Source: an uncultured Alphaproteobacteria bacterium (GTDB lineage Bacteria > Pseudomonadota > Alphaproteobacteria > HIMB59 > GCA-002718135). Taken from it: a stretch of DNA of 64,000 nucleotides. A program made the translations under genes and the position numbers. The notes under the pieces are model-generated. The model made no database searches. It was not told where the DNA came from and saw only the letters and a list, made by a program, of their open reading frames with translations. Each line of letters opens with the position of its first letter. Position 1 is the stretch's first letter. The DNA lies in the NCBI GenBank assembly GCA_902515745.1, contig CABXWB010000007.1, positions 15,478-79,477 of the forward strand, read 5' to 3'. Below, piece after piece: positions 30,141-40,822 of this stretch.

Positions 30141-31668
30141 TAGATGCTGTATCTTCTAAATATAAATATAATTTTTCATTGTAATAAATCATATCTCTAA
30201 TTCTTTCGCCAATGTGAACTCTTTCAATTTTTATATTGTCGGAATTACCGTTACTTACTTTGTTTGGAGTATTTATTTTTTTATCATTATAATCATATTC
30301 AAAAAAATAAAGAGACTCGTCTTTCATTGAAGCTACAACGTAGCTATTATTTATATCTAAGCCAACTATTTGAGATATACCAATAGATGGATTAAAATAA
30401 ATAACAGGTTCAATAAAATCATATTCAGAGTGAGATTTATGAAGTGGATACTTTAAGTACTTTTTTTTGTTAAAGGAGGCTTTTTTCCCACCATAATGTT
30501 CACCGTATGAAGAAATAGCCCATCCATAGTTAGGTATTTCATCATTATTCAATTCTATTAAATTAATTTCATCACCACCTTCAGGACCGTGCTCAGCTTC
30601 TAGTAAGAAATTATTATTTTTATTGTAATATAAACCTTGAGGATTTCTATGTCCCATGCTTACAACTTTGTAATCCTTGGTATTTTTATTTATTTCAATT
30701 ATTTTACTAAATATACTATCTTCTTTTTGAGCTCTAAATCTACTTCTAAAATCACCAGTAGAAAAAAGTAGTTTTTGATCATCAACATTAAATATTCTTC
30801 CTCCTGATTGATGAGCATTAAATTCACCATCAATGTTATCATAAAAATGAACACATTCATCAGATGTAAAAAGATTATCAAATATAATAAGTTTATAATT
30901 TATTTTCCCATATAATAAACTTGTATTCCAACAATTTTCTTTAACTTCTCTTGTATACGATACATAAATTTGATCTTTATAAATATTAATATCTTTTATT
31001 GAAAACCAACCTCCTTGTAACCAGTCAAAATCATGAACTCTTGATTTTTTAAATTGCTCTTCGCCTATGAATTTATTAATATTTGTTTTTATTTGTTTAA
31101 AATGTAAATCTTTTTTTATGCTTTGAATCGGATTATTAGAATAAGCTAAAATACCACTAGCTGATATTAAGATTAAATTATCTTCATATATTTCCAAATA
31201 ACCACTTCCAGGAAGATTATTAGATATACCATATAATAATATATTATTTTGAGGGCTAAAAATTCTAGTCCGAATTTTATTGTTTGAAAAGCTTTGTTCA
31301 GGATTAATTGAATATTCTAAATTGCTGTTATTTTTTTTGATGCTCATATCAAATTGATAAGGATCAAATTGTTCTAAAATTATATATAATAATTCTGAGT
31401 CATTTTTAGTTTCAATATTTTCTTCATATAAATCATTGTAAGCTTTCTCAAATAATTTTTTTTGTCCTCTAAATAGATTACGTTCTTTTTTAAGTTCCTT
31501 AATCTGCTTTTCTAAATTGTTAGTATTCTTATGTACGATCAAGTATTCTGCTATAAATTTTTTACTATTTGCACCAAATTGATTATATATAAATGATAAA
31601 TCTAATAATAAATTTAAAACTAATATTATAAATAAAATAAAAAAAATAGTATTTCTAAATATCTTCAT
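30118..31668 (-). CDS. Membrane-anchored PQQ-dependent sugar dehydrogenase (GSDH family), tandem paralog
   Basis: Same motifs as the adjacent gene, with long identical peptide blocks. Confidence 0.8.
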   Translation of the reverse strand: MKIFRNTIFFILFIILVLNLLLDLSFIYNQFGANSKKFIAEYLIVHKNTNNLEKQIKELKKERNLFRGQKKLFEKAYNDLYEENIETKNDSELLYIILEQFDPYQFDMSIKKNNSNLEYSINPEQSFSNNKIRTRIFSPQNNILLYGISNNLPGSGYLEIYEDNLILISASGILAYSNNPIQSIKKDLHFKQIKTNINKFIGEEQFKKSRVHDFDWLQGGWFSIKDINIYKDQIYVSYTREVKENCWNTSLLYGKINYKLIIFDNLFTSDECVHFYDNIDGEFNAHQSGGRIFNVDDQKLLFSTGDFRSRFRAQKEDSIFSKIIEINKNTKDYKVVSMGHRNPQGLYYNKNNNFLLEAEHGPEGGDEINLIELNNDEIPNYGWAISSYGEHYGGKKASFNKKKYLKYPLHKSHSEYDFIEPVIYFNPSIGISQIVGLDINNSYVVASMKDESLYFFEYDYNDKKINTPNKVSNGNSDNIKIERVHIGERIRDMIYYNEKLYLYLEDTASIAEVHIN

Positions 31669-31734
31669 AGTTTTTAGTTATTATTATTATTATTTGATAT
31701 TTTATTACTTATAGAAAAAAAATAAATAAAAATC

Positions 31735-32886
31735 ATGCAAAAGAAATTACATTTTAATAGTTTCATTGCCGCATCTATAGCTATATTTATCCCTATCTTT
31801 ATATGGGGAAATACAGTTTCTCATTTTCCTTGGATAATTGAAAAACTAGACTTTACAAATAGTACAATTGGTTTTTTACTAATGTATTTCGCAATTATAC
31901 AATTAATAGCTTCTCAAACTGCAGGAAGATTAATTATTCCTAAAATTGGCACAAGAAACACTTTAATTATTGGTATAATTATATTTTCAATTTCTCCAAT
32001 TACTTTTGGATTATCAAATTCTAAAACTTTGTTTCTATTAAGTTGTTTCCCAACTGGTATTGGTTTTGGAATGGTTCAAACTACTACAACAATTGTTACA
32101 AGAAATGCTGAAGAAAAAACAGGTTTAATATTACAAACATATTTAAGTGCTTTTCTTACCTTAGGTTTTCTTTGTGGTGCATTGTGCTCTGGAATATATA
32201 GACATTTAAATTTCGACTCACATTATTTATTTTTTACACTTATATTTATTGCCCTTGGATCTACTTTTTTTATTTTTTATTTTGGATTAAAACCAAATTT
32301 AGAAGAAAATAATGAAATAGAGAAAATTAAAATACCAGAAAAAAATATTTTAATTTATGGACTGTATATGTTCATTTTTATGGGAACAGTTATGGCACTA
32401 GTTGACTGGGCACCATTATGGTTTGAAAGAGAATTATTAACTACAAGTCTTATTGCTAGTTTGACTATTGTTAGTTGGTCAGGAGGTGAAACAATAGGTA
32501 AGTTTTTAGGTGCAAAATTAATAATTCTTACAAATGAAAAAATTATTGGCGCTTATATACCTTTATTTGGTTCATTAATTTATGTCTTAATAATATTTTA
32601 TGGAAATATATATTTAATTTTAGTTGGTCTTTTTTTATTAGGATTTGCAACAGCTAATTTTTTTCCTATAGTTATTAGAATTGCATTAAGAAAAACAACA
32701 GATAATATAAATACTGCTGCAGCAAATCTTTCAACAATTGGTTTTTTAGGATTACTAATTGGTCCTGCAATTGTTGGATATACCTCTGAGATTTTTAGCA
32801 TAACTACAAATACTAGGGCAATATCAATAATATGGATAATGTTATTTTTGATGTTTCTTTATACGATTAGAAATTCTAAATTATAA
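31735..32886 (+). CDS. MFS transporter
   Basis: About 12 TM helices; DWAPLW and GLLIGPAIVG; paralog of 56385-57533. Confidence 0.8.
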   Translation: MQKKLHFNSFIAASIAIFIPIFIWGNTVSHFPWIIEKLDFTNSTIGFLLMYFAIIQLIASQTAGRLIIPKIGTRNTLIIGIIIFSISPITFGLSNSKTLFLLSCFPTGIGFGMVQTTTTIVTRNAEEKTGLILQTYLSAFLTLGFLCGALCSGIYRHLNFDSHYLFFTLIFIALGSTFFIFYFGLKPNLEENNEIEKIKIPEKNILIYGLYMFIFMGTVMALVDWAPLWFERELLTTSLIASLTIVSWSGGETIGKFLGAKLIILTNEKIIGAYIPLFGSLIYVLIIFYGNIYLILVGLFLLGFATANFFPIVIRIALRKTTDNINTAAANLSTIGFLGLLIGPAIVGYTSEIFSITTNTRAISIIWIMLFLMFLYTIRNSKL

Positions 32887-33796
32887 AATTTTTTTTAAGT
32901 TTCTTTACTAATAAATCTTTAATATTTTCTTTACTTAATGTTGCCATTTTTTTTCTTGTTTCCAATGTTGCACTTGCATTATGTGGAGAAAGAAGAATAT
33001 TTTTTAATTTTTTTAATTTATTATTAATTTTTGGCTCATTATCAAAAACATCAAGAGCTGCTCCAGATATTATTTTATTTTTTAGAGAATATATTAAATC
33101 ATCTTGATTTATTACAGAACCTCTTGAAACATTGATTATCATGCTAGTTCGTTTCATACTTTTAAGGATTTCTCTGTTTATTAGGTTTTTTGTTGATTTA
33201 CCTCCAATACAGGTTAGCACTAAATAATCTACTTTTTTAACCATTTCATTTAAATTTTTGTAGAATTTTAATTTAGATCTTTTTTTATTAGGCCCTGTAT
33301 AAACTACCTCCATAGATAAAGATTTAGCTCTTTTTGAAAATGCCTTACCTATTTCTCCTAAACCAACTATTCCCACTATTTTTTCTGATAGGCTTATTGT
33401 TAAGGGAAAAGGTTTTTTTATCCATTTATTTTCGATTATGAACTTATGACTATCATAAATCTTTCTTGATAAACTTATCATTAATCCTAGGGCTAAATCT
33501 GCCACATCTTTAGTTAAAACTTTTGGTGTATTAGTCACCACAATATTATTTTTTTTACAAAAATTTAGATCAACACCATCATAACCAACGCCAAAAACAG
33601 AAACGATTTTTAAATTTTTAAAATTTTTTAAAAATTCTTTATTTGTTTTAAAACCTCCAGTAACAACAATTGATTGATATTTATTAAAATTTATATTTTT
33701 TTTTAATAACCATAAGCAATCTACATTAAAATCTTTTTTAAAAATATAAACAAAATCTTTTATTAAAATATCAGTAACTAAAATATTATATTTCAT
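32876..33796 (-). CDS. D-2-hydroxyacid dehydrogenase (GhrB-like)
   Basis: GVGYD, VTNTP, GIVGLGEIG, INVSRG, LDVFDNEP and SPH. Confidence 0.9.
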   Translation of the reverse strand: MKYNILVTDILIKDFVYIFKKDFNVDCLWLLKKNINFNKYQSIVVTGGFKTNKEFLKNFKNLKIVSVFGVGYDGVDLNFCKKNNIVVTNTPKVLTKDVADLALGLMISLSRKIYDSHKFIIENKWIKKPFPLTISLSEKIVGIVGLGEIGKAFSKRAKSLSMEVVYTGPNKKRSKLKFYKNLNEMVKKVDYLVLTCIGGKSTKNLINREILKSMKRTSMIINVSRGSVINQDDLIYSLKNKIISGAALDVFDNEPKINNKLKKLKNILLSPHNASATLETRKKMATLSKENIKDLLVKKLKKNFII

Positions 33797-33802
33797 TAAA
33801 TA

Positions 33803-34831
33803 TTAATCTGTGCTTGATTTAGCCCATAGATTAATTTTTTCTTCTTTTGCATATTTATCTATTTCTTTTAATTCAGAATTACTAAAAGTTAGATTGTTTT
33901 GACTATCTAAACATTCATCTAATTGCTTAACTGTTCTTGCCCCAATTAAAGCTGATGTCATAGTTGGATGACGAAGTATCCAGGAAAGAGCCATTTGAGG
34001 TAAAGATTGTCCTCTTCTATTTGCAATTTTTGTTAACTCTTTAATTTTAATTAAATAACTTTTTGTAATCATTTTTTTATCAAGAGATGAATTATCTGAA
34101 ATTCTTGATACTATAGGTATTTTTTTCAAATATTTTCCTGATAACATTCCTTGAGCAAGAGGAGAGAATGCAATACATCCTATGCCTAATTTTTTTAATG
34201 TAGATAATAAATCTTTTTCCACCCATCTATTGATCATGGAGTAAGATGGTTGATGAATTAAACAACTAACTCTTCTTTCTTTTAATAAATTATTCATTTT
34301 AATTGTTTGTTTTGAACTATAAGAAGAAATCCCTACATATAAAGCCTTACCACTTCTGATGGATTGAGCTAATGCATCTGCTGTCTCTTCTAATGGTGTT
34401 AACGGATCAAAACGATGAGAATAAAAAATATCTACGTATTCTAGCTTCATTCTTTTCAAACTTTGATCAAGGCTTGCAGTTAAATATTTTTTTGATCCCC
34501 ATTCACCATATGGACCATCCCACATATGATATCCTGCCTTACTTGATATTATCATTTCGTCCCTATATTTTTTAAAATCAGAATTCATAACTTTACCAAA
34601 ATTTTCTTCTGCAGATCCTGCTGGTGGACCATAATTATTTGCTAAATCAAAATGAGTTACACCTCTATCAAATGCTCTAAAAAGCATCTTCTTTGCTTCT
34701 TTTGACATAGATTTTTTACCACCAAAATTGTGCCAAAGGCCCAAAGTAATAGGGGGGAGTAAAAGACCGCTTTTGCCTGATCTTCTGTATTCAAGTTTTT
34801 TATATCTTTTATTATTTGCTTTATACGCCAT
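33803..34831 (-). CDS. Aldo/keto reductase, L-glyceraldehyde 3-phosphate reductase (YghZ/Gpr-like)
   Basis: LGLWHNFG, HFDLANNYGPPAGSAE, SSKAGY and DIFYSHR. Confidence 0.9.
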   Translation of the reverse strand: MAYKANNKRYKKLEYRRSGKSGLLLPPITLGLWHNFGGKKSMSKEAKKMLFRAFDRGVTHFDLANNYGPPAGSAEENFGKVMNSDFKKYRDEMIISSKAGYHMWDGPYGEWGSKKYLTASLDQSLKRMKLEYVDIFYSHRFDPLTPLEETADALAQSIRSGKALYVGISSYSSKQTIKMNNLLKERRVSCLIHQPSYSMINRWVEKDLLSTLKKLGIGCIAFSPLAQGMLSGKYLKKIPIVSRISDNSSLDKKMITKSYLIKIKELTKIANRRGQSLPQMALSWILRHPTMTSALIGARTVKQLDECLDSQNNLTFSNSELKEIDKYAKEEKINLWAKSSTD

Positions 34832-34904
34832 TAATACTTTTTAAGTATATTTAGCTTTTACATCAAGTAATTATTTAAAAATTAAAGATAGTAAAAATTA
34901 TTAA

Positions 34905-36680
34905 TTAATTCTCATGTTTTTGTTTATTCCACATTAATGCGTATAATCCATTTTTATTAAGTAGGCTTAAATGATCTCCTTCTTCAATGATATTTCCTTT
35001 ATCAATAACAATTATTTTATCTGCATTTGACACAGTAGAGAGTCTATGAGCTATAATTAATGTAGTTTTACCTTGAGATATTTTGTTTAAATTTTTATTT
35101 ATTTCCTTTTCTGTATTAGTATCTAAAGCTGATGTAGCTTCATCAAAAAAGAGAATTGATGGATTTTTTAAAACAGCTCTTGCAATAGCAACTCTTTGTT
35201 TTTCTCCTCCAGATAATTTAAGACCTCTCTCACCCACAATAGTATTGTATTTGTTAGGAATGCTTTCAATAAAATCATGAATACCAGCTATTTTTGCTGC
35301 ATTTATTACATCTTCATGACTTGAGTTTATTAATCCATAAGAAATATTATAAAAAATTGTATCATTAAATAAAACTGTATCCTGAGGAACTACACCTATC
35401 ATTTGTCTTAATGAGTTTTGTTTATATTTTTTAATATTTTTCTTATTAATTAATATTTCTCCACTATCTGGATCATAAAAACGAAACAATAATTTACTTA
35501 TTGTTGATTTCCCAGCACCTGTTGGTCCAACTATCGCTAAAGATTTACCTTCTGGTATACTGAAGGATATATTTTTAATTATTGTTCTTTTATTTTCATA
35601 TCCAAAAAAGATATTTTTAAAAATTATTTCTGCATTATCGTTTTTTAAATTGTCATTTCCACTATCATCAATGCTATTTTTTTCCTTTAAAAGATTAAAC
35701 ATATTTTCCATATCAACTAAAGATTGTCTTATCTCACGATAAATAGTTCCTAGAAAATTTAATGGTTGATAAAGTTGAAGCATATATGCATTAATAACTA
35801 CAAATCCACCAACAGATATAGTTTTATTCTGAATTCCAAATACTGTTAAGACAAGCATAAGAGTTATTCCGATCATTATTACAAATGTTTGACTGATGTT
35901 TAAAATAGATAAAGATGTTCTATTCCTGTTTGCTGCATTTTCATATTTTTCTAGGGATTCATCCAATCTATTAAACTCATGATTTTCATTATTAAAATAT
36001 TTAACAGTCTCAAAATTAAGGAGACTGTCAATCATTTTAGTACTAGCCGCATTGTCTGCTGCATTCATATCTTTTCTAAATTGTAATCTCCATTGCGTAA
36101 TTGTAAATGTTAAAAAAACATAGATAGAAATAGTAACGAAGGTGATAATTGCATATTGTAAACCATATAAAGTAAGTAAAATTATTATAACAAGTACAAG
36201 CTCTACAAAAGTTGGAACAACATTAAATAGGACATAACGTAACAAAAAATCTATACCTTTTGTCCCTCTATCAATGTACCTATTGAGACCACCTGTTTGT
36301 CTAGAAAGATGAAAATCTAAAGATAAAAAGTGTAAATGTTTAAAAACTTTTAAACTTACTCTTCTTATTGCATTTTGTGAAACTTTTGAAAAAAGAGCAT
36401 CTCTTATTTCATTTAAAGCAAAAGAAGCAATTCTTACCAATCCATATGATATAATTATAGCAATTGGAACATATAATAATAAGTTGATACCATTGCTTAA
36501 TTCATTAAGTGAGTCAACTGCATTACCTAGTATCAAAGGTGTGTAAACACTTGCTATTTTTGCAAGTATCATACTTAAGCCTGCGAAAACTACTCTTATT
36601 TTTAAATCATTTCTACTTCTTGGCCATATAAATGGTAGTAGTAGTTTAAAAGTATTAAAAATTGTGGAATTCTTGTTCAT
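34905..36680 (-). CDS. Atm1-type ABC exporter (fused permease/ATPase)
   Basis: FHLSRQTGG, DSLLNFETVKYF, PLNFLG, GPTGAGKS and LSGGEKQR. Confidence 0.92.
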   Translation of the reverse strand: MNKNSTIFNTFKLLLPFIWPRSRNDLKIRVVFAGLSMILAKIASVYTPLILGNAVDSLNELSNGINLLLYVPIAIIISYGLVRIASFALNEIRDALFSKVSQNAIRRVSLKVFKHLHFLSLDFHLSRQTGGLNRYIDRGTKGIDFLLRYVLFNVVPTFVELVLVIIILLTLYGLQYAIITFVTISIYVFLTFTITQWRLQFRKDMNAADNAASTKMIDSLLNFETVKYFNNENHEFNRLDESLEKYENAANRNRTSLSILNISQTFVIMIGITLMLVLTVFGIQNKTISVGGFVVINAYMLQLYQPLNFLGTIYREIRQSLVDMENMFNLLKEKNSIDDSGNDNLKNDNAEIIFKNIFFGYENKRTIIKNISFSIPEGKSLAIVGPTGAGKSTISKLLFRFYDPDSGEILINKKNIKKYKQNSLRQMIGVVPQDTVLFNDTIFYNISYGLINSSHEDVINAAKIAGIHDFIESIPNKYNTIVGERGLKLSGGEKQRVAIARAVLKNPSILFFDEATSALDTNTEKEINKNLNKISQGKTTLIIAHRLSTVSNADKIIVIDKGNIIEEGDHLSLLNKNGLYALMWNKQKHEN

Positions 36681-36910
36681 ATTATATTTTTGTATTTAAA
36701 TTATCTTCAAATAGTCGAATAACTAAATCATTTAAAATTAATATATAGTTTATAATAATCAATTATTAAGAATAGCTGTAATATTTTGGTGTAATTGCAA
36801 CTTTCTGTATTAAATATTGTTTCTAATTTTTATCAAAATAAAGACGAGTTGAATAATGAGTAATCTACATTTACAAAATGTTCTAAATACTATCTATAAT
36901 TCATAGTAAA

Positions 36911-38374
36911 ATGAGTAAACGTAAAAATTTAAACAATATTGATTTGTCATTTCATTTACAACATCCAGGTAATGGTAATGAGCCAGGTGATCCTAATGCA
37001 ATTTTTTACTTAAATGGAGTTTATCACCTTCATTATATTTTAAGACATAAATGGGATGGCATAAGAAAAAATTTACCAAGAAATAATTTTCCTTTTAATC
37101 ATTCTCATTCATTTATTCATTGTACTAGTAAAGACATGTTAAATTGGGAATGGCAAACAACAAAATTACAACCAAGTTTTACAAAACATGGTATGTTTAG
37201 TGGAACTGGATTTATTACATTAGATAAAAAACCGGCAATTATCTATCATGGAGAAAATACAAAAAATAATTTTGTTATAATTGCTAAAAACAATGAATTA
37301 TCAAAATGGAATAAACCTTTACCAATCAATAAAAAAATATTTAAGATTAATTTTTGGGATCCAGATTGTTTCATAATAAATAACACTTACTATTCAATCT
37401 CAGGAGGAATTAACCCGGATTTATTTAAATCAAAAAACTTAATTGAATGGAAATACGTGGGAAAATTTATGTCAAAAGACTTAGATGATGTAGTTAAAGG
37501 GGAAGATATTTCTTGTCCAAATTTTTTTAAATTAAAAAATAAATGGGTACTTTTGTGTATAAGCCATTCTCATGGATGCCGTTACTATATTGGAGATTGG
37601 GATAAGAAAAAAGAACAGTTTATTCCTGAAGCTCATGAAAGAATGAACTGGCCTGATGTAAGAGATCCAATATATGTACTTGAATCAAGAAATTTTTTTG
37701 CTCCAGAAACAGTTATGTCTAAAGATGGTAGAAGAATAATGTGGGCATGGTTAAGAATTCAACAAATCAAAAATTGTAATATTTTATCAATACCAAGAGA
37801 ACTAAGTTCTCATAATAATAAAAAATTATCAATTACTCCATTAAAAGAGCTAGAAAAATTAAGATACGATAAAAAAATTTTAACTAAAATACAAATTAAA
37901 AACAAAACAAAAAACTCTAATGATATTATTACTAAAAATATCACTTCAATTAATTTCAATGCAATTGAGATTAAATTATTTATCAAATCATCCGAGATAA
38001 AAAATAAAAGATTCGGATTTCAATTATTTTCAAACAATAAAGATATAGGCTTTCCTATAATTTTTGAGCCTGAGTCAAAATCAATTTTAGTAGGATCCAC
38101 AAAAGCATCACTTGATTTTCAAAATTTATATAAAACAAAAAATATAGAAATAACTATTTTCATTGATCATTTTTTGATTGAAGTATTTATTAATAATATA
38201 CAATCAGTTGTAGGAATATATGAAAAATTTGAAAACCAATATCAAATTAATGCTTACTCTTTTAATGGTTCATTCATTATTGAAAAATTACTAATATGGA
38301 AATTAAAGAAAATTAATTATGGATATAAAAAAGCTAAAAAAAATAAAATTTGGCGAGTAAAAGAAAAAATTTAA
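36911..38374 (+). CDS. GH32-family protein with non-canonical catalytic motifs
   Basis: GDPN, FSGTG, FWDP, ISCPNFF, FAPET and SIPREL; C-terminal beta-sandwich IFIDH..IEVF. Confidence 0.75.
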   Translation: MSKRKNLNNIDLSFHLQHPGNGNEPGDPNAIFYLNGVYHLHYILRHKWDGIRKNLPRNNFPFNHSHSFIHCTSKDMLNWEWQTTKLQPSFTKHGMFSGTGFITLDKKPAIIYHGENTKNNFVIIAKNNELSKWNKPLPINKKIFKINFWDPDCFIINNTYYSISGGINPDLFKSKNLIEWKYVGKFMSKDLDDVVKGEDISCPNFFKLKNKWVLLCISHSHGCRYYIGDWDKKKEQFIPEAHERMNWPDVRDPIYVLESRNFFAPETVMSKDGRRIMWAWLRIQQIKNCNILSIPRELSSHNNKKLSITPLKELEKLRYDKKILTKIQIKNKTKNSNDIITKNITSINFNAIEIKLFIKSSEIKNKRFGFQLFSNNKDIGFPIIFEPESKSILVGSTKASLDFQNLYKTKNIEITIFIDHFLIEVFINNIQSVVGIYEKFENQYQINAYSFNGSFIIEKLLIWKLKKINYGYKKAKKNKIWRVKEKI

Positions 38375-39306
38375 GGATCAATCAGATCCAAATTATTTTT
38401 AGTAATTTCATTAATTTCATTTAATATTGTTCCATTGATTGGATTTTCTAAAATATTAATTGGCTTCATAATATGAGATATATCTCTAACTCCTATGAGT
38501 ATACTTGATAAAAAATTACGACTTAAAACCCATGATAAAGCTAAATCTATTAATGATAAGTTTGTTTCATTAGAAAGTTTTTCTAATTTATTCATAGTCT
38601 CAAAGAAAACATCATTAAAGTAAATGTCTTTATGGGACGGCTTTATATCAAATCTTGTTTTTTTAGGTGAAACTTGACCATTTTTATACTTACCAGTTAT
38701 AAAGCCTGCGCCTAAGGGACTATAAGATATAATATCTATATTTTCTAAATCACAGTAATTTATTAAATCTTTCTCAGCACCTCTATAAAGCACATTATAT
38801 ACTGTTTCCAATAAACCAAATTTTGAAAAGTTATTTATTTCTTGAATTTTTTTAGAAGATTTTAAAATTGATAAATCATAATTATTACATGCAACTCTTA
38901 TAATTTTTCCTTCTTTTTGAAATCGATCCATAACTTCTAAAATTTCATCTAATTTTGTATTTGGGTCATGAGTGACTCCGTAATAGTCGATATGATCAGT
39001 GTTCATTCTCATTAAGCTTTCATGAACACACTTCTCTATTGTTTTTTTTGAAAGATCTCCATGTATTTTTGAAACTATTGTTATGTCTCTTCTATTTTTC
39101 TTAATTTTAAAAAATTTCCCAATTATTTTTTCAGAAATTCCATCACTATAATAATACGACGTATTAAAAAGATTTATTCCATTCTCAACTGCAACGTCAA
39201 GAAGCCTAATTGATTCATCTTCTGTTATTTCTCTACCAAATGTAACACATCCAAGACCAACTTTACTTATTTTTTTATTTAATGATTTAAAATTAGAGTA
39301 TAGCAA
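38371..39306 (-). CDS. Aldo/keto reductase
   Basis: VGLGCVTFG, YSDGISEKIIG and YSPLGAGFITGKY. Confidence 0.85.
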   Translation of the reverse strand: MLYSNFKSLNKKISKVGLGCVTFGREITEDESIRLLDVAVENGINLFNTSYYYSDGISEKIIGKFFKIKKNRRDITIVSKIHGDLSKKTIEKCVHESLMRMNTDHIDYYGVTHDPNTKLDEILEVMDRFQKEGKIIRVACNNYDLSILKSSKKIQEINNFSKFGLLETVYNVLYRGAEKDLINYCDLENIDIISYSPLGAGFITGKYKNGQVSPKKTRFDIKPSHKDIYFNDVFFETMNKLEKLSNETNLSLIDLALSWVLSRNFLSSILIGVRDISHIMKPINILENPINGTILNEINEITKNNLDLIDP

Positions 39307-39307
39307 A

Positions 39308-40093
39308 TTATTTTTCTAACCAATGCTCAAAAAGAGGTTTAACTTCATCATTAATTTTAGAAAATGCATCTTTCTTTACTGAAGGATAAAGACTTCCAAA
39401 CTTATTTTTTTCTTCTATAATTTTTTTTCGATCAAATGAGTTTGGTCTAAAAACTTCTAAATTTAACCACCAAGGCGCATAACGAACAACAAGACTAGTT
39501 CTTCTTTTATTAGATTTATTCACATCGCTTGCATGCCATAATCTACTATCCATTACAAAAACACTACCTGCTTTTCCTGCAATATTTATTTGATCTGCAT
39601 AATCACCATAATAAGGATCACCCTCAAATGTAGGGTTGGTTTCTAAAAGATGACTTTTTGGTTTGACTAACGTACTTCCAACTTCTTTATCAAAATCTAC
39701 AAACATAAATATACAGGTAATATGAAGTACTTTTTTAGGAAATGGCTTGTTAATATTACCACCATTAAAAACACAAAAAGGCCAATCAGCATGCCAATCT
39801 CCTTTTTTATTATTCTGTTCATTAATTTGTGTTGAAGTAGATGAAATTCTATAATCTTCACCAAGATAATGTAGCATCAAATATTTTATATCTGGATGTA
39901 TTAAATACTTATCAAAACTTTGGCAAAAATTAATTGTTGTTGCAAGATAAGTTACCCCATTATTATTTTTTCCAAACTTATCTGCAGACTCCTGAAGTTC
40001 TAAATTAAGTAATTTAACTTCATTTTGAGGAATAATATCTTCAAGAATTGTATATCCATTTTCTTCAAATTCTTTTATTTTTTTAATAATCAT
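39308..40093 (-). CDS. PhyH-family Fe(II)/2-oxoglutarate dioxygenase
   Basis: ENGYTIL, WHADWP, GKAGSVFVMDSRLWH; start reassigned to MIIKK at 40093. Confidence 0.85.
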   Translation of the reverse strand: MIIKKIKEFEENGYTILEDIIPQNEVKLLNLELQESADKFGKNNNGVTYLATTINFCQSFDKYLIHPDIKYLMLHYLGEDYRISSTSTQINEQNNKKGDWHADWPFCVFNGGNINKPFPKKVLHITCIFMFVDFDKEVGSTLVKPKSHLLETNPTFEGDPYYGDYADQINIAGKAGSVFVMDSRLWHASDVNKSNKRRTSLVVRYAPWWLNLEVFRPNSFDRKKIIEEKNKFGSLYPSVKKDAFSKINDEVKPLFEHWLEK

Positions 40094-40134
40094 ATTTGCT
40101 AATATTTTTATATAATAATATATAACATTAATAA

Positions 40135-40314
40135 ATGACTGACTTACAATGGTATGCCTATCTTGGAGGATTTGTAGCATTCGCAATCGGATGTTATTTA
40201 TATTATCTCTCTAGAAATAAAAAATTAAATTATCAACAAGTTAAAAACAGAAAAAGATTTATGAACTTTTTTTTAATTATAGCATTAGTTTGTGTTGGTT
40301 ATTCTTGGTTATAA
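40135..40314 (+). CDS. Small 2-TM membrane protein, 59 aa (not in ORF track)
   Basis: MTDLQWYAYLGGFVAFAIGCYLYY...FFLIIALVCVGYSWL*; basic loop between two TM segments. Confidence 0.65.
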   Translation: MTDLQWYAYLGGFVAFAIGCYLYYLSRNKKLNYQQVKNRKRFMNFFLIIALVCVGYSWL

Positions 40315-40335
40315 AAAGTAATAATTGGAGAAAAA

Positions 40336-40509
40336 ATGACTGATAGGGATTTTAAAAATATAGAAGATATTCAAAGAATTTTAAAATATTTAGAAAAAGG
40401 TAAGCTTGATGTTGAATCTTGGTCTAATGTTGATGAATTAAAAAATAGTTTAAAATTACTAATTGAAGAGCATAAAGATTATATGGATCATATGAAACTT
40501 CATCATTAA
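40336..40509 (+). CDS. Small helical protein with His-rich C-terminus, 57 aa (not in ORF track)
   Basis: GGAG RBS; MTDRDFKNIED...EEHKDYMDHMKLHH*. Confidence 0.7.
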   Translation: MTDRDFKNIEDIQRILKYLEKGKLDVESWSNVDELKNSLKLLIEEHKDYMDHMKLHH

Positions 40510-40530
40510 TTTTATAAAAAAGGAGGTAAA

Positions 40531-40815
40531 ATGTCAGTAGCGAGAATAACAACAATTAATTTTAAATCTAAGGAAGATGCTGATGAGTCGATTAAAGATT
40601 ATTCAGAAAAAGCACCATCTGAATTTCCAGAGGCTGAACAATTATTACAAATACGCGCAAGTGATACAACTGTTATGGCTATTTCTTTATATGCTGATAA
40701 TGAATCAATGGAACGTGCTTCAGCTGCTAGAGCTAAAAGAATGAGTAATAATGAAAAAACTTTTGATGTTGTTGACACAAAGACTGGTGAAGTAACATTA
40801 AATCATAAAAATTAA
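40531..40815 (+). CDS. Hypothetical protein, possible dimeric alpha/beta-barrel
   Basis: AGGAGGT RBS; ferredoxin-like beta/alpha pattern ending TGEV. Confidence 0.75.
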   Translation: MSVARITTINFKSKEDADESIKDYSEKAPSEFPEAEQLLQIRASDTTVMAISLYADNESMERASAARAKRMSNNEKTFDVVDTKTGEVTLNHKN

Positions 40816-40822
40816 ATTAGGA

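Noticed and set aside
40094-40186. N-terminal extension of the PhyH ORF in the track
   Set aside because: Overlaps a better plus-strand ORF (40135-40314); the family-like sequence starts at MIIKK.
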